Assembly: GCF_035285525.1 (NCBI RefSeq)
Contig: NZ_JAYKGW010000119.1
Span: 1-32,000 of the forward strand
Source: Okeania sp.
GTDB taxonomy: Bacteria > Cyanobacteriota > Cyanobacteriia > Cyanobacteriales > Microcoleaceae
Direction of reading: 5' to 3'
DNA: 32,000 nucleotides
Part shown: positions 24,430 to 32,000 of the stretch, one piece after another
Layout of the letters: each line of letters begins with the position of its first letter
How positions within the stretch are numbered: position 1 is the stretch's first letter
Made by a program: the position numbers and the translations under genes
The notes under the pieces: generated by a model
Told to the model about the DNA's origin: nothing
Database searches by the model: none
What the model saw: only the letters and a program-made list of their open reading frames with translations

Positions 24430-25683
24430 ATGAATTTATTAGAATATCAGGCGAAGGCATTGTTTGGCGAAATAGGAATACCTGTTTTACCATCTCAAAA
24501 AATAGATTATCCTCAAGATTTAAAAAGGTTAAAAATACCCTATCCAATTGTACTAAAATCTCAAGTTCATCATGGGGAAAGAATTAGTTTAGGCGGAATT
24601 AAATTTGTTGAAAATACAATAGATGCGGTGGCAGCAGCTCAGACAATTTTTAATTTGCCAATTAAAGATGAATATCCAGAAGTTTTGTTAGCAGAGGTAA
24701 AATATAATCCTGACCAAGAATTATATTTAGCTGTTGTTTTAGACCCAATAGTACGTCGTCCTGTACTTATAGGTTCAGCGCAAAGGATTGTTGATACAGA
24801 AAAAACCATGAAAAATATACAAAAAGTGGTTGTGAATCAAGAATTTTCCCCTTTTTATGCACGTCGTTTAATGGTAAAAATTGGGCTGGAAGGAAAACTA
24901 ATAACATCAGTAAGTCATATAGTTGAAAAAATGTATCAATTGTTTGTAGAAAAGGATTTAGATTTGATAGAAATTAATCCTCTTGGTATTAGTCCAAGAG
25001 GAGAAGTAATGGCTTTAGATGGTAGAGTTAGTGTTAATAATTATGCTTTAGGTCGTCATCCAGAGTTGGTGAGTTTAGTTAGCAAAAATGTTAGTAATAA
25101 TTATGAACTTCAAGAGAAAAAGGTAAATGGAATATATAATAATTTGCAAGTATTGAATAAGAATAATAATGGTATTTGTAAGGAAAAATTTATTCCAGAT
25201 TATCGACTGAAATTAACGGAGTTAAATGGAAATATCGGAATTTTATGTAATGGTGAAGGTTTGACAATGGCTACTCTTGATTGGGTAATGCAATGTCATG
25301 GTAAACCAGCTAATTTTTTGAATATTAATTTGGGTGATTATTTTGAGTTAAAAGATGGTTGGCGATCGCATATTTTTACTGCTTTGGATTTAGTTAGTCG
25401 GTCAAAAAATGTTGATGTGGTTTTGATAAATATTACAGGTATAGTTCAGACAAGTGATGAGTTGATTACTATAATATCTGAATATTTTAATCAGTTAAAA
25501 ACTGTAGAACAAAAAACAATTCCTTTTGTACTGCGTTTATTAGGAGGTAACATTAAAAGAGTTAGAGAAAGTTTATCAGGTTTCTCAATAGAGGTTATAG
25601 AAAAATTGGAAGATGCAGTTAAAAAAGCTGTTTATCTATCTAAAGAAGGGAGAAGGGAGCAGGGAGCAGGGAGTAGGGAGTAG
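24430..25683 (+). CDS. sucC: succinate--CoA ligase beta-subunit-like protein (ATP-grasp), 417 aa, with an STRR-derived C-terminal tail
   Basis: MNLLEYQAKALFGEIGIPV is the SucC N-terminus. NGNIGILCNGEGLTMATLDWV..GKPANFLN and VVLINITGIV match SucC C-domain motifs. An insertion lies near aa 215-260. The last 13 codons (EGRREQGAGSRE*) lie in the heptamer array. Confidence 0.75.
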   Translation: MNLLEYQAKALFGEIGIPVLPSQKIDYPQDLKRLKIPYPIVLKSQVHHGERISLGGIKFVENTIDAVAAAQTIFNLPIKDEYPEVLLAEVKYNPDQELYLAVVLDPIVRRPVLIGSAQRIVDTEKTMKNIQKVVVNQEFSPFYARRLMVKIGLEGKLITSVSHIVEKMYQLFVEKDLDLIEINPLGISPRGEVMALDGRVSVNNYALGRHPELVSLVSKNVSNNYELQEKKVNGIYNNLQVLNKNNNGICKEKFIPDYRLKLTELNGNIGILCNGEGLTMATLDWVMQCHGKPANFLNINLGDYFELKDGWRSHIFTALDLVSRSKNVDVVLINITGIVQTSDELITIISEYFNQLKTVEQKTIPFVLRLLGGNIKRVRESLSGFSIEVIEKLEDAVKKAVYLSKEGRREQGAGSRE

Positions 25684-25700
25684 GGAGTAGGGAGTAGGGA
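25645..25700. repeat. STRR heptamer array, 8 units in graded variants (GAAGGGA x2, GCAGGGA x2, GTAGGGA x4)
   Basis: Directly visible. The array overlaps the sucC 3' end and contains its TAG stop (25681-25683). Confidence 0.9.
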
Positions 25701-26209
25701 GTAAAGCCACCCCTAACCCCTCCCTGGAGGGGAAGTAAAGAGTTGCAGGGATTTATATAGGAGGTATACGGTTCCGGAGGAATCAGAAAAATTATCCCCT
25801 GACTTGGGTGCCCCTATCTTAATCCAAATACATACTAACTTTTTGATTTTTCCGGAACTGTGCTTTAAGGAGAGAAAATCTCGTACTTTTTCTGAGCTAA
25901 AAAATGCTTTTATCTTTACCTGTCAATGCTTCTATATTTGATCGGCAAATCCTAACTACTTAATTAATTATTCCCTATTCCCTCAAACTTAAACTTGTTT
26001 AACTAACTGTTTAACTAACAGACAACAGAAAGCACTGTAAGAAATTTATTTTGCACTACTAATTATATAGCAATGCGTGCATAGGTTGTGAAAAATAAAT
26101 AAAGTAAATTAAAAAACTGAAACTTCTACTTGTTCCCTCAAAGTAATGAAATTTTTTACACAACTCAAAGGGGATTGCTATATAATAAATAATTAGTGGC
26201 TAAAATATT

Positions 26210-27091
26210 ATGAATTTAACTCGAAATAGTAAAGTTATAGTTCAGGGTGTGACAGAAAAAATATCTACCCAGATAGCCTTAATGATGAAATCTTCTGGCA
26301 CAAATGTAGTAGCAATTATTAGTCCTGGAGAAGGGGGAAAAGAATGGGATGGCATTCCCGTTTTTAGTTTGGTAGAACAGGCAGTGGCAAAGGTGGGTAT
26401 GATTGATGCTAGTGTGATAGTTATGCCTGCTTATCAGGTCTTAGATGCTGCTTTAGAGGCGATCGCTTCTGGCCTTAAACAAATTGTGATTGTGACAGAG
26501 GGTGTCCCTCCTCTGGATATGGTTAAGTTATTAAGAAAAGCTGAGGCCACAGAAACTCTGATTGTTGGGCCTAGTTGTGCAGGTATTATTGTACCAGACC
26601 AGTTTTTATTGGGTACTCATTCGCCTCAATTTTATACTCCAGGTAAAATTGGTATTCTTAGTAGAAGTAACACTCTGACTTATGAAGTTGCCTGGGAATT
26701 AACAAAGTCGAAGTTTGGCCAGTCTATTTGTGTGAGTTTGGGTTGCGATCCAATTGTTGGTTCTTCTTTTCTCCAATGGTTGCAAATATTAGATGAGGAT
26801 GAGCGTACAGAGTTGATTGTCTTAGTGGGAGGAGTTAGTGGTGTAAGTGAGGAAGTAGCAGCTTCTTATATTTCAGAAACGATTGATAAACCTGTTATTG
26901 CTTATATTGCTGGTACTTATGCTCCTCTAAATCAAAATCATAGTCATGGTAGTTATTTAATTAGTGCTAGGGTTGCTGGTGAAATTGAGAGTAAAATTGC
27001 AGCTTTTGAGGCTGTTAAAATACCAGTAGCAAAATGTCCTTCTGATATTCCAAGTTTAGTTGGAAATTTACTGGAAAAGAAATGTTCTTAA
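26210..27091 (+). CDS. sucD: succinate--CoA ligase alpha-subunit-like protein (293 aa), divergent in glycine-rich motifs
   Basis: It is collinear with SucD: KVIVQGVT, PGEGGKEWDGIPVF, VIVTEGVPPLDM, GPSCAGII, GILSRSNTLTYE, VSLGCDP, YIAG, ..HSHGS.. at the phospho-histidine position. Confidence 0.7.
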   Translation: MNLTRNSKVIVQGVTEKISTQIALMMKSSGTNVVAIISPGEGGKEWDGIPVFSLVEQAVAKVGMIDASVIVMPAYQVLDAALEAIASGLKQIVIVTEGVPPLDMVKLLRKAEATETLIVGPSCAGIIVPDQFLLGTHSPQFYTPGKIGILSRSNTLTYEVAWELTKSKFGQSICVSLGCDPIVGSSFLQWLQILDEDERTELIVLVGGVSGVSEEVAASYISETIDKPVIAYIAGTYAPLNQNHSHGSYLISARVAGEIESKIAAFEAVKIPVAKCPSDIPSLVGNLLEKKCS

Positions 27092-27115
27092 TTTCTATTT
27101 TAATAATATTGATTG

Positions 27116-27148
27116 ATTCCAGAAATATTTGGAATTATTTAATTTTTC
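27116..27148 (+). terminator. possible intrinsic terminator after sucD
   Basis: The hairpin ATTCCA-GAAATATT-TGGAAT (27116-27135) is followed by TATTTAATTTTT. The stem is short and AT-rich. Confidence 0.35.
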
Positions 27149-27151
27149 AAC

Positions 27152-27300
27152 TGTAGGGGTTTGGTTACCAAACCTCTTTCCCCTTGGGTAATATCAAATC
27201 CGCTGGCTTTGGAGAAGAAAATTATACCATCAGAAAAGAAGGAAAAGTCCTAGTTTGTATAGGGTACGGTTCCCGAAAAATTGGATACCAAACCCCTACA
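27152..27300. repeat. MITE-like unit with terminal inverted repeats TGTAGGGGTTTGGT(A/T)
   Basis: 27152-27168 TGTAGGGGTTTGGTTAC pairs with the reverse complement of 27283-27300 (GGATACCAAACCCCTACA). A second inverted pair, ATATCAAATCCG (27191-27202) with CGGATTTGATAT (27324-27335), interleaves with it. Confidence 0.65.
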
Positions 27301-27369
27301 ATTTTTAATTTTACCGATACTACCGGATTTGATATAAGGTGAATTTTAGATATGGCTATAAGGAAAAAA

Positions 27370-27427
27370 CTGTAGGGGTTTGGTTTCCAAATCCCTTTGC
27401 ACTTCGGGAAAGGAGACCAAACCCCGC
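27370..27427. repeat. short hairpin copy of the same repeat family
   Basis: TGTAGGGGTTTGGT...GACCAAACCCCGCA. The first ~40 nt are a direct repeat of 27151-27190. Confidence 0.65.
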
Positions 27428-27495
27428 ATTTATAAATCTTACAACTTAACCTATATTACTCATACATCATAACAAAATTCAGGAACCCCTCAAAA

Positions 27496-28920
27496 CTAAC
27501 CTGAAGTTTCTGGTACTTCCTCTGCTTCTGGTTCTCCTTCTCCAAATACTACTCGTAATAGGGGAGGCGCTAAGAATGTGGTAATAATCACCATCAAAAT
27601 AATTGCTACATCCAAAGCAGGAGATAAAGCACCACTAGCGGAACCAACAGCAGCAAAGACTAAACCAACTTCACCCCGTGGTACCATACCAACACCAATA
27701 GCTAAACGATTAACATTACCTAAACCAAACACACTAAAACCACAAGCAACTTTACCGACAATAGCAACTACTATTAAGAAAATTGCAATTACCAAACCTT
27801 CTCGGTTAGCAGGAACAGCAGGGTTAAGAACACCCAAATTAGTTTTTGCTCCCACAGTAACAAAGAAAATCGGAACTAGCACATCAGAAATAGGCAGAAT
27901 TAGTTTTTCTAATTCTCGTCCCACCTCTGTTTCGTGCAAGTTATCTAAAACTAATCCTGCAGCAAAAGCTCCCAATATTGCCTCCAAATGGATAGCAGCA
28001 CCAACATAAGACATAAACAATGCTATTGTCAAAGCTGGAATCACTGCTCTACCTCTGGTTTTAAATTTTTCAGCAAAGAAAATAAAAGTATCGTTGAAGA
28101 AACGACCTAGCAATACTGCACCTACCAAAAATACACTCGCACTAACAATTAAATAGACAGCATTGATAATATCAACTTCACCAGTTTTCGCTAAACTTGC
28201 TACTACTGCTAGGATAATAATACCCATAACATCATCTATAACTGCGGCACCGAGAATAATTTGACCTTCTTTTGTGTTGAGACGGTTAATTTCTGTTAAT
28301 ACTCTGGAAGTGATACCAATACTCGTCGCTGTCAGTGCTGCTCCGGCAAAAATTGCTGGTACTGCTGAGACATGAAATATCCCCATCATTCCTGCTGTAC
28401 CTGCAACAAATGGTAATGTTACCCCAACAGTTGCTACAACTAGAGACTGAACACCAACTTGCATTAAGTCTTTGATATTAGATTCTAGACCAATTTCAAA
28501 CAACAAAATGATTACGCCTATTTCTGCTAGAACTTCTAGTACCTCACTTTGAGCTTGAAATGTAACCTCAGCAGCATCAGGAGCTAAACCTGCTGTTAGT
28601 TCTAACATTTTCACAATTATTGATGCAGAACTATCAACCCCATTTTCTGGAAAAATCACTAAATTGAGGGCGGAAATACCGATAACTACACCTCCTACCA
28701 ATTCTCCTAACACTGGTGGGAAACCTAGCCAGTTAAAAAATTCGCCCCCTGCTTTACTAGCTATATAAATGGCCACTAAACTCAGAAGCACTCCTGCCAA
28801 CACCATTGCTGGTTCAGCTTTGATTTCTGTGGCCATAGCCAGTATCGGTGCAATTTTCCCTGATAAAGGAAATAAGAAAATTTCACTCACAAAATTAGAC
28901 CCTGCCATTAAACTAAACAT
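27496..28920 (-). CDS. cation:proton antiporter (Na+/H+ exchanger family, CPA2-like), 474 aa
   Basis: The protein is hydrophobic almost throughout, with ~12 predicted helices. ..FPPVLGELVGGVVIG.. is the typical first-helix motif, and the C-terminal tail is acidic. Alternative in-frame ATGs lie at 28908 and 28836. Confidence 0.8.
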   Translation of the reverse strand: MFSLMAGSNFVSEIFLFPLSGKIAPILAMATEIKAEPAMVLAGVLLSLVAIYIASKAGGEFFNWLGFPPVLGELVGGVVIGISALNLVIFPENGVDSSASIIVKMLELTAGLAPDAAEVTFQAQSEVLEVLAEIGVIILLFEIGLESNIKDLMQVGVQSLVVATVGVTLPFVAGTAGMMGIFHVSAVPAIFAGAALTATSIGITSRVLTEINRLNTKEGQIILGAAVIDDVMGIIILAVVASLAKTGEVDIINAVYLIVSASVFLVGAVLLGRFFNDTFIFFAEKFKTRGRAVIPALTIALFMSYVGAAIHLEAILGAFAAGLVLDNLHETEVGRELEKLILPISDVLVPIFFVTVGAKTNLGVLNPAVPANREGLVIAIFLIVVAIVGKVACGFSVFGLGNVNRLAIGVGMVPRGEVGLVFAAVGSASGALSPALDVAIILMVIITTFLAPPLLRVVFGEGEPEAEEVPETSG

Positions 28921-28980
28921 TAAATCTTTCTAAATCATCTTGATTTAATGTAACAGGACTTTGGGTAGTGGTGGTCTATT

Positions 28981-29049
28981 AATTTAGAATTTAGAATTTA
29001 GAATTTAGAATTTAGAATTTAGAATTTAGAATTTAGAATTTAGAATTTA
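28981..29049. repeat. STRR heptamer array (AATTTAG x ~9.9), followed by CTTCTGG/CTTTTGG heptamers to ~29075
   Basis: Directly visible. It lies 61-129 bp upstream of the antiporter ATG and 37 bp downstream of the hydrolase stop codon. Confidence 0.95.
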
Positions 29050-29085
29050 TTCCTGCTTCTGGCTTTTGGCTTCTGGCTTCTTCCT

Positions 29086-29901
29086 TTATGAAGCAAAAAC
29101 CCTATGTTGGAGGGACGGCATTTGCCTACGAACTTGTTGTAGACGAGTAGGGTTAATTTCTGCGATCGCTACTCCTGGTTTATCGCCAGTATCTGCCAAA
29201 ATCAAACCCCAGGGGTCAATTATCATTGCATGGCCATGACTTTGTCTTCGACCGTAATGATTACCTGTTTGGGCTGGAGCGATAATATAACAGGTATTTT
29301 CTATGGCCCGTGCTTGCAGTAATACTTGCCAGTGGTCTTTTCCTGTAAATGCGGTGAAAGCTGCTGGTACAAATAAAACTTCAGCTCCTGCTTTGGAGAG
29401 ATGTCGATATAGTTCTGGAAATCTTATATCATAGCATACTGATATACCAAAATTACCATAATCTTGAGATGAATAAACGGATGGTAGTTTAACACCTGCT
29501 TTGACTGTGTTGGATTCTCGGTAAGTATTACCATCAGGTATATTAACGTCAAATAAATGTGCTTTGGCATACCTGGCTACTTCTGTTCCATTAGGCTCAA
29601 TTAAAGATGCAACATTGTAGACTTTACCATCTGTTGTTGGTACTGGATACCCACCTCCTAAAATGGTAATTTGGTATTTTTGAGCAATTGTTTTGAGAAA
29701 TTTTTCAGTTGCTGTAGCGATCGCTTCTGCTTGAGATATTTTTTCTTCTTCTTCACCTAAAAAAGGAAAATTTTCTGGTAAGGTAACTAATTCTGCACCT
29801 TGACGAATAGCTAAGTCTATTAATTCTTCTGCCTGTGATAAATTTTTTGACAAGTCAGGCACACTTGTCATTGATATGGCAGCAGCGAGATAGGATTTCA
29901 T
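29086..29901 (-). CDS. carbon-nitrogen hydrolase (nitrilase superfamily, Nit-like), 271 aa
   Basis: The catalytic triad context is present: TLPENF (E), YAKAHLF (K) and ISVCYDIRFPELY (C). Confidence 0.85.
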   Translation of the reverse strand: MKSYLAAAISMTSVPDLSKNLSQAEELIDLAIRQGAELVTLPENFPFLGEEEEKISQAEAIATATEKFLKTIAQKYQITILGGGYPVPTTDGKVYNVASLIEPNGTEVARYAKAHLFDVNIPDGNTYRESNTVKAGVKLPSVYSSQDYGNFGISVCYDIRFPELYRHLSKAGAEVLFVPAAFTAFTGKDHWQVLLQARAIENTCYIIAPAQTGNHYGRRQSHGHAMIIDPWGLILADTGDKPGVAIAEINPTRLQQVRRQMPSLQHRVFAS

Positions 29902-29948
29902 TAAGTTAGTTTTTCAGTGGTCTTAAAAATAATTAATAATTAATAATG

Positions 29949-29990
29949 GATAATTAATAATTTAGAGATACTTTTCATTATCAATTATCC
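29949..29990 (-). terminator. possible psaFJ terminator: AT-rich 14-bp-stem hairpin built from oppositely oriented GATAATT-type heptamers
   Basis: GGATAATTAATAAT (29949-29962) pairs with ATTATCAATTATCC (29977-29990) with 1 mismatch. On the minus strand it is followed by a T-rich tract. It lies ~210 bp after the psaJ stop. Confidence 0.3.
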
Positions 29991-30199
29991 ATTATCTATT
30001 TAGCTAGGATGGTGTCAGAAATCAAGTTTTCAACTTTAATTTAGTTAAGAATGTTGATTTCTGTATTCACCACATTTTTAACTTGGCAATTTGAGGTTGA
30101 ATTTGATCTTAATCTTTTCTCATACTATTAAATTTAATCTGAATATTTCAGATAATTCAGAGAAATTTTGATTAATTCAAAATTCTGATTTTTTTGCTT

Positions 30200-30325
30200 T
30201 TACATAGGGTGGAAAAGCAGGTCTGGGAAAAAGCGATTAAACTCAATTAAAATTCCAGCTGTGATAGTCATCCAAGCTGCAGCCAAAACTGGAGCTGTAG
30301 ATAGATACTTAAGTAAGTCTTGCAT
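30200..30325 (-). CDS. psaJ: photosystem I reaction centre subunit IX (PsaJ), 41 aa; not in the ORF track
   Basis: Manual translation of the minus strand gives [41 protein letters not shown]. The conserved PsaJ core STAPV...[11 protein letters not shown](F/Y)PDLLFHP is present, and the gene lies downstream of psaF. Confidence 0.9.
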   Translation of the reverse strand: MQDLLKYLSTAPVLAAAWMTITAGILIEFNRFFPDLLFHPM

Positions 30326-30648
30326 GAATATTTCTCCTGAAACTGATTTTTAAACCAGGTGTTGTTCAGACAATGTTAATTTGCTATCAGCTTTTAGCAT
30401 TTCCATACCGAAAGGCTCTGCAAACAACTATCAGCTTTGACTGGGTTAAAGTCCATAAAAACTATATGTCTAAGATAGACTTAAATACCCTACTCGCACT
30501 TTCAAAAAAAATGCTCATGCTGATTGCTAGTTGCTGACCGCTGACTGCTCTTTGAAAAACATTGTTTTAAATAGATTGGTAATTATTAAGTTAGTATTTC
30601 TATACTGACTAAAATTACCTAATTTATGGTGTTCCGTTCGTCACTTTT

Positions 30649-31140
30649 CTAGCGAGGTGAAACAGTAATTTCGTTATCTTTAGCAAACATTTCGCCTGAA
30701 GCATATTCCTTGAATGCTAACAGAGGCCATAAAAAGCCACCTAGCATTTTTTGGATTGCTAAAGGTACATCAATAATAATCTCTTTTTCTTCTGAATTTT
30801 TATCAGATTTAATTGCTTGAAGATAGGAACGACCTACCCAACCAATCCAACCTGCAATATACAAGAATAAAATGCCAGGAATAGTAAAGTCCCCAGCGTG
30901 ACTCCAACTTCCATCTACGATTAAATGAGGTAGTCCGTCGTCTTTTCCACAAAGTTGTTGGGAATAGCGTTCAAATCGTTTTGTGCCAGATTCTGGATCT
31001 GCTGTAGTCGGACGAGCATTTTCAGCTAATGCCTGAAAAGCAGGTGATTCTGAACAAGGTACTAAATTATATGCTGATGCTGTAGGTACAAAAGTTACCC
31101 AAAGACTAATGGCTAAAACTAAAGCCAACAATCGTCTCAT
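30649..31140 (-). CDS. psaF: photosystem I reaction centre subunit III (PsaF), 163 aa from ATG 31140
   Basis: The signal peptide is [23 protein letters not shown]. The mature part [11 protein letters not shown]...[21 protein letters not shown]...[16 protein letters not shown] matches PsaF. The ORF-track start at 31209 adds 23 unlikely codons. Confidence 0.9.
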   Translation of the reverse strand: MRRLLALVLAISLWVTFVPTASAYNLVPCSESPAFQALAENARPTTADPESGTKRFERYSQQLCGKDDGLPHLIVDGSWSHAGDFTIPGILFLYIAGWIGWVGRSYLQAIKSDKNSEEKEIIIDVPLAIQKMLGGFLWPLLAFKEYASGEMFAKDNEITVSPR

Positions 31141-31487
31141 GGAATTGTTTCCTTTTATTACAAAGTGTTGACAATTACCTATACTTCTGTTGCCAAATAA
31201 TAGCTCCAAAAGAAAGGATTTTTTGATTAAGATTTTCCCAACTCCAAAAGCAACAGTTTGGAACTGGTATTCTTGACTTAATGATTGGGATTTTCTGCTG
31301 CCAAAGATGACTAACTAGGCCAATGTTTTTTGAGCCTATCTGTATCTTCTCCACAGAATATTTTTACCACGATGTGTTTCACCAGAGGTATTTCTTATTC
31401 GTCTGATTTTACAATACTTTATTTACCTCAACACTAAATTTATTTAGTGCTAATATTTTGATTATATTAATATCAATTTATGTAGCA

Positions 31488-32000
31488 ATGACAAGGGTTT
31501 TAGCTATAGAAACAAGTTGTGATGAAACATCTGTGGCAATTGTTAAAAATTATCAAGTTTTAAGTAATATTGTAAAGTCACAAATTAATATTCATAGCTT
31601 TTATGGAGGTGTAGTTCCTGAAGTAGCCTCAAGACAACATTTAGAAATAATAAATCAGGCGATCGCTCAAGCTTTCAGAGAAGCAGATTTAGATTGGCCA
31701 GATATTGATGGTATTGGGGCTACTTGTGCCCCTGGTTTAGTGGGCGCTTTATTAGTGGGCCTAACAGCAGCAAAAACTCTAGCTATTGTTCATAACCAGC
31801 CATTTGTGGGAGTCCATCATTTAGAAGGTCATATTTATGCAGCCTATCTGACTAGACCAGAATTAAAACCACCTTTCCTCTGTTTGTTAGTTTCTGGAGG
31901 TCATACCAGTTTGATATATGTTAAAGACTGTGGAGAGTATGAAACTTTAGGAAAAACCAGAGATGATGCAGCAGGAGAAGCTTTTGATAAAGTAGCGAGA
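31488..32000 (+). CDS. tsaD: tRNA N6-adenosine threonylcarbamoyltransferase TsaD (Gcp/Kae1 family), 5' part; continues past the window end
   Basis: Manual translation from ATG 31488 gives [19 protein letters not shown]...[12 protein letters not shown]...[11 protein letters not shown]...VHHLEGHI...LLVSGGHT...[13 protein letters not shown]. It is open to position 32000, and the TsaD motifs occur in order. Confidence 0.9.
   Translation, partial: MTRVLAIETSCDETSVAIVKNYQVLSNIVKSQINIHSFYGGVVPEVASRQHLEIINQAIAQAFREADLDWPDIDGIGATCAPGLVGALLVGLTAAKTLAIVHNQPFVGVHHLEGHIYAAYLTRPELKPPFLCLLVSGGHTSLIYVKDCGEYETLGKTRDDAAGEAFDKVAR

Noticed and set aside
25773-25856. Two TCCGGA hexamers (25773-25778, 25851-25856) as heterocyst-specific DIF-type promoter motifs for sucD
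   Set aside because: The hexamers are the cores of an 11-nt inverted repeat pair. No convincing -10 element lies at the right distance on either strand, and a 6-mer is expected by chance at about this frequency. Without transcript data this is not supportable.
27578-28009. Plus-strand 143-aa ORF inside the antiporter gene
   Set aside because: It lies antisense to a well-supported membrane protein gene. Its low-complexity K/T/P/A-rich translation marks it as a shadow ORF.
28981-29049. Heptamer arrays (here and at 1860, 18353, 21856, 25645) as possible CRISPR arrays
   Set aside because: The units are 7 nt and directly abutting, with no spacers. There are no 24-40 nt repeats alternating with unique sequence and no cas genes. 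These are STRR-type tandem repeats.
30138-30161. Hairpin TCTGAAT-N10-ATTCAGA just after psaJ as a terminator
   Set aside because: The stem is 7 bp and entirely AT-rich apart from two G:C pairs, with a weak T tract. The heptamer-based hairpin at 29949-29990 is a somewhat better candidate, and even that one is low confidence.
30326-30648. Unusually long (322 bp) psaF-psaJ spacer with CTGA(T/C)(T/C)GC-like repeats as a possible hidden gene or ncRNA
   Set aside because: There is no ORF with a plausible start in any frame and no strong conserved-looking structure. It is most simply repeat accretion within an operon spacer. It cannot be evaluated further without comparative or transcript data.

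Overview
This is an AT-rich cyanobacterial chromosome segment. A Nostocales-type (filamentous, heterocystous) origin is inferred from three things: 15 HIP1 octamers (GCGATCGC), many heptameric STRR arrays, and a psaF-psaJ operon. All family calls rest on motif recognition from memory; no searches were run.

Gene map:
- 1-1000: a decayed toxin-antitoxin / small-accessory-gene graveyard. It holds a MazF-like toxin split by a repeat insertion, an intact small upstream ORF, and stop-riddled remnants.
- 1445-14614: an 8-gene glycan-tailoring island. It encodes a TPR-GT2-GT4 fusion, a sulfotransferase, a TPR-sulfotransferase, a SAM methyltransferase, a TPR protein with a GT41-like C-terminus, a WecE-type aminotransferase, a hexapeptide acetyltransferase, and a convergent TPR-methyltransferase.
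- 14651-14870: a Phd/YefM antitoxin pseudogene.
- 15260-20476: yajQ-like gene, a solo tnpB element (IS200/IS605 type) with GC-rich hairpins at both ends, a MAPEG protein, a DprA-like protein, and a DRTGG/Pta-N family protein.
- 20521-21572: an orphan 129-aa ORF bracketed by ~100-bp inverted repeats.
- 21992-32000: a processive-type GT2, sucC-like and sucD-like genes separated by 526 bp of repeats, a cation/proton antiporter, a nitrilase-superfamily hydrolase, psaJ, psaF, and the 5' part of tsaD.

No rRNA, tRNA or CRISPR array was recognised.

Most interesting signals:
- The TPR-fused sulfation/methylation/glycosylation island sits in an 11.5-kb HIP1-free block. Its genes look mosaic, with HIP1-bearing TPR modules joined to HIP1-free catalytic modules.
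- A heptamer array plus a 28-nt palindrome lies in frame inside the first glycosyltransferase, which makes it a candidate slippage switch.
- The same palindrome family is translated in frame inside tnpB.
- An orphan gene cassette is flanked by inverted repeats.
- An STRR array forms the C-terminal tail of sucC and supplies stop codons in all three frames.
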